Shown one piece after another: positions 29,970 through 32,823 of a stretch of DNA of 32,823 nt (positions are counted from its first letter, which is position 1; each line of letters opens with the position of its first letter). The stretch spans positions 1 through 32,823 of the forward strand of contig JBIKQY010000001.1 of assembly GCA_044349465.1 (NCBI GenBank), read 5' to 3'. The DNA comes from Limnohabitans sp. (lineage in GTDB: Bacteria; Pseudomonadota; Gammaproteobacteria; Burkholderiales; Burkholderiaceae_C). The translations under genes and the position numbers were made by a program. The notes beneath the pieces are model-generated. The model was not told where the DNA came from and did not search any database. It worked only from the letters and a program-made list of their open reading frames with translations.

Positions 29970-30090
29970 TGGTTTTTTCAAAAAAGTGGTGTTGGTCAAT
30001 TGACTTGGCTGATGGACTCGGCGCTGCCTGTGGAAGACTAGGGGCAGCGCCTATGACGAGGCGTCTGCAGGCTGTAGGACAATCGGGCAC

Positions 30091-31446
30091 ATGAGTTTTC
30101 CAGAGATGAACAAACCCCGTGCTTGGACTGTGTCTGCGTTGTGCCGAGCGGTGGCCGATAGCCTGGATGCCCAGTTCAACCCGGTCAGCGTGCGCGGTGA
30201 GATTTCGGGGTTTTCGCGGGCGGCCAGTGGGCATTGTTATTTTTCCATCAAGGATGACACGGGCCAGATTCGTTGTGCCATGTTTCGGCGTGCTGCCAGT
30301 TTGATGGACTTTGCACCACGTGATGGCGAATTGGTCGAGGTGCGGGGTCGCTTGGGTGTTTACGAAGCCCGGGGCGATTTGCAGTTGATCGTCGAATCCA
30401 TGGAGCGGGCAGGGCAGGGTGCACTTTTTGAGCAGTTTTTGCGCCTCAAGGCCAAGCTCGAAGCCGAGGGCCTGTTTGATCCGGCGCTCAAGCGCGAATT
30501 GCCCGCTCAACCGCGCGCCATTGGGGTGGTGACGTCTTTGGGAGCCGCAGCTTGGCATGACGTGATGACCGCTTTGCAGCGGCGCGTGCCACACATTCCG
30601 GTGTTGATGGCCCCAGCCCTGGTGCAGGGTGCAGGGGCTGCGGCCACGTTGGCGCTGGCCTTGCAAAACATGTACGCCCTCACCGCCGAGGACAACCCGC
30701 TGTGCCCCCCCGTGGACGTGATCTTGCTGGTGCGCGGTGGTGGCTCGATGGAAGACCTGTGGTCGTTCAACGATGAAAACCTGGCCCGGGTGATCGCCCA
30801 AAGCCCCGTGCCGCTCATTTGCGGCGTAGGGCACGAGACAGACTTCACCATCGCCGACTTCGTGGCCGATGTGCGTGCCCCAACGCCTACGGCTGCGGCC
30901 GAGATGGCTGCATCCGACCGAGGTGTGGGCCTCGAATCCCTGTCGGTGTTGGAGCACCGCTTGAGCCGGGGTTTGATTCGCCAGCAAGACCGTCAGGCAC
31001 AGCGTTTGGACGCTGTGGCGGCTAGGTTGAGTGTGGGTTTGGTCCGTCAACAAGAGCGCCAGAGTCAGCGGCTGAATGTGGTGGCGTCACGGCTGGGCCG
31101 CCCGCAAGCCTTGCTGGGCCAGCACAACCAGTGGCTGGACCGCTTGGACGGTCGTTTGCAGGCCGGTGTGCGAAGTCAATGCATGGAGCAGGGTCACCAG
31201 CTCGAGCGTCTGAGCGACCGTTTGAGTTTCAATCGTGCTCAACAGGTGCCGCAACGCGCCCAGCTTTTAGAGCGGGCCGCTTTGCGCTTGTCGTCGGTGG
31301 ACCCGCACCGGGTTTTGGAACGTGGTTACGCCTGGCTGAGCGACGACAAGGGCCAGGCCCTGACCCATGCCGACCAGTTTCAACCCGGCCAGAGCGTTCA
31401 GGCCACTTTGTCCGATGGCTTGGTGCCTTTGGTCGTGAAAGTCTGA
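30091..31446 (+). CDS. xseA: Exodeoxyribonuclease VII large subunit
   Basis: GEISGF...SGHCYFSIKD OB fold, RGGGSMEDLWSFNDE, GVGHETDFTIADFVAD.RAPTPTAAAE, LERGYA. Confidence 0.97.
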   Translation: MSFPEMNKPRAWTVSALCRAVADSLDAQFNPVSVRGEISGFSRAASGHCYFSIKDDTGQIRCAMFRRAASLMDFAPRDGELVEVRGRLGVYEARGDLQLIVESMERAGQGALFEQFLRLKAKLEAEGLFDPALKRELPAQPRAIGVVTSLGAAAWHDVMTALQRRVPHIPVLMAPALVQGAGAAATLALALQNMYALTAEDNPLCPPVDVILLVRGGGSMEDLWSFNDENLARVIAQSPVPLICGVGHETDFTIADFVADVRAPTPTAAAEMAASDRGVGLESLSVLEHRLSRGLIRQQDRQAQRLDAVAARLSVGLVRQQERQSQRLNVVASRLGRPQALLGQHNQWLDRLDGRLQAGVRSQCMEQGHQLERLSDRLSFNRAQQVPQRAQLLERAALRLSSVDPHRVLERGYAWLSDDKGQALTHADQFQPGQSVQATLSDGLVPLVVKV

Positions 31447-31455
31447 GACGCCAGC

Positions 31456-31535
31456 GCGTTCGGGCGGGGTGGGGCCGGGAAGACGATTTCGGGTACCCCA
31501 GCATGAGGAGCCCCGGCCCCACTCCGCCCGAACGC
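31456..31535. repeat. Long-stem palindromic element, copy 1
   Basis: 24-bp arms (31456-31479 / 31512-31535, one G-T pair) around a loop containing CGATTTCGGGTACCCCAGCATGAGG. Confidence 0.9.
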
Positions 31536-31635
31536 ATCGCAAACACGGCAGTGACCCTGAATACGGTAAGGGGCATCGCGCTCCCCTAAAATACGTCAAA
31601 CATTTTTTCAACCCGCAACGACACAAGGACCCCTC

Positions 31636-32217
31636 ATGGAACACACTTTGCCCGCACTGCCTTACGCGATCGACGCTTTGGCTCCTCATTACAGCCAGGA
31701 AACCTTGGAGTTTCACCACGGCAAGCACCACAACGCTTACGTTGTGAACCTGAACAACCTGCAAAAAGGCACTGAATTCGAGAGCATGTCCCTCGAAGAG
31801 ATCATCAAAAAATCCAGCGGTGGTGTGTACAACAACTCGGCCCAGATCTGGAACCACACATTCTTCTGGAACTGCATGAAGCCCAACGGTGGCGGCGAGC
31901 CCACAGGCGCGCTGGCTTCAGCGATCAACGCCAAGTTCGGCAGCTACGCTGCTTTCAAAGAAGCCTTCGTCAAGAGCGCCGTGGGCAACTTCGGCTCTGG
32001 CTGGACATGGCTTGTGAAGAAAGCCGACGGCTCGGTCGACATCGTCAACATGGGCGCTGCTGGCACTCCCCTGACCACTGGCGACACCGCCTTGTTGACC
32101 GTGGACGTCTGGGAACACGCTTATTACATCGACTACCGCAACATGCGTCCCAAGTTCGTGGAGACTTTCCTCAGCAACTTGGTGAACTGGTCTTTCGCAG
32201 AGAAGAACTTCGGCTGA
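31636..32217 (+). CDS. sodB: Superoxide dismutase [Fe]
   Basis: HHGKHH, AQIWNH and FGSGW (Fe-type signature), DVWEHAYY. Confidence 0.96.
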   Translation: MEHTLPALPYAIDALAPHYSQETLEFHHGKHHNAYVVNLNNLQKGTEFESMSLEEIIKKSSGGVYNNSAQIWNHTFFWNCMKPNGGGEPTGALASAINAKFGSYAAFKEAFVKSAVGNFGSGWTWLVKKADGSVDIVNMGAAGTPLTTGDTALLTVDVWEHAYYIDYRNMRPKFVETFLSNLVNWSFAEKNFG

Positions 32218-32235
32218 TCGAGCCAAGCTTCAAGT

Positions 32236-32263
32236 CACAAAGCCCGCTGATGCGGGCTTTGTG
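32236..32263 (+). terminator. Intrinsic terminator of sodB
   Basis: Perfect 12-bp stem CACAAAGCCCGC-TGAT-GCGGGCTTTGTG followed by CTTT. Confidence 0.8.
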
Positions 32264-32348
32264 CTTTGAGGGGCCGAAGGTGAGCGGGGCACTTTGACAA
32301 ATCGCCGCTTTCGAAATGCTCTTTGACAATCCTGCGATCAACCACGGA

Positions 32349-32424
32349 GCTGAGAACGGGGTGGGGCCGGGCGCCGATTTCTGGTACCCCAGCATGAGGC
32401 GCCCGGCCCCACCCCGTTCTCAGC
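32349..32424. repeat. Long-stem palindromic element, copy 2
   Basis: Perfect 27-bp arms (32349-32375 / 32398-32424) around the loop GATTTCTGGTACCCCAGCATGA. Confidence 0.9.
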
Positions 32425-32446
32425 GGACCTCGCACAAACCAGAAAG

Positions 32447-32823
32447 TCAGCGAATCATCATCCCGCCATCGGCCACCACGGTCTGGCCGGTCACGTAATT
32501 AGCCGCCGGGCTCGCCAAAAACACCGCAATGCCGCCAATGTCATCGGCCTCACCCATGCGGCGCATAGGGGCTTGGCTGTTGTATTTGGCGCTCAGCACC
32601 GGGTCTTCGTGCAGCGCCTTGGCAAAGTCGGTCTTGATCAGGCCGGGGGCAATGCAGTTCACGCGGATGTTGTCCGGGCCCCATTCCACCGCCAGGTTGC
32701 GCGCCAGTTGCATGTCGGCCGCCTTGGACAGGTTGTAGGCGCCGATGACCGACGAGCCGTGCAAGCCGCCAATGGACGATACGATCACGATGGCCCCGTC
32801 TTTTTGGGCCTTCATGTCGGGGT
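32447..32823 (-). CDS. Short-chain dehydrogenase/reductase, C-terminal part (5'-truncated by the window edge)
   Basis: VSSIGG, catalytic YNLSK, IRVNCIAPGLIKT, VTGQTVVADGG; frame is open to the edge. Confidence 0.9.
   Translation of the reverse strand, partial: PDMKAQKDGAIVIVSSIGGLHGSSVIGAYNLSKAADMQLARNLAVEWGPDNIRVNCIAPGLIKTDFAKALHEDPVLSAKYNSQAPMRRMGEADDIGGIAVFLASPAANYVTGQTVVADGGMMIR

Noticed and set aside
31540-31635. Fur box or iron-responsive element upstream of sodB
   Set aside because: No convincing GATAATGATAATCATTATC-like match; only a TAAAAT -10-like hexamer.

Overview
GC-rich chromosomal window from a betaproteobacterium; gene content and order suggest Comamonadaceae (Limnohabitans/Rhodoferax-like), which is an inference. 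Most of it is conserved backbone: recD (5'-truncated), a PLP aminotransferase, amiC-tsaE/queG, an AEC transporter, a Bug/TctC binding protein, xerD, a DUF455 ferritin-like gene, gamma carbonic anhydrase, hslO, an acyl-CoA catabolism block, lexA, adk-kdsB-ycaR-lpxK-exbD-exbB, xseA, sodB and a partial SDR. The one accessory-looking block is a 5.7-kb cassette of four glycosyltransferases between xerD and the ferritin-like gene. It is arranged as two convergent, translationally coupled pairs; two of the enzymes are full-length paralogs with an unexplained C-terminal extension. Non-coding signals include three different palindromic repeat families (a GTRG-footed REP doublet, a tandem 31-bp GGGACAGA hairpin, and two ~80-bp long-stem hairpins with a conserved loop bracketing sodB), tandem SOS boxes, a DnaA-box plus IHF-site cluster, and a recurring leaderless-promoter signature. 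An uncharacterised 107-aa ORF lies directly downstream of lexA. No rRNA, tRNA, CRISPR array or transposase was seen. All calls come from reading the sequence; no database searches were run.
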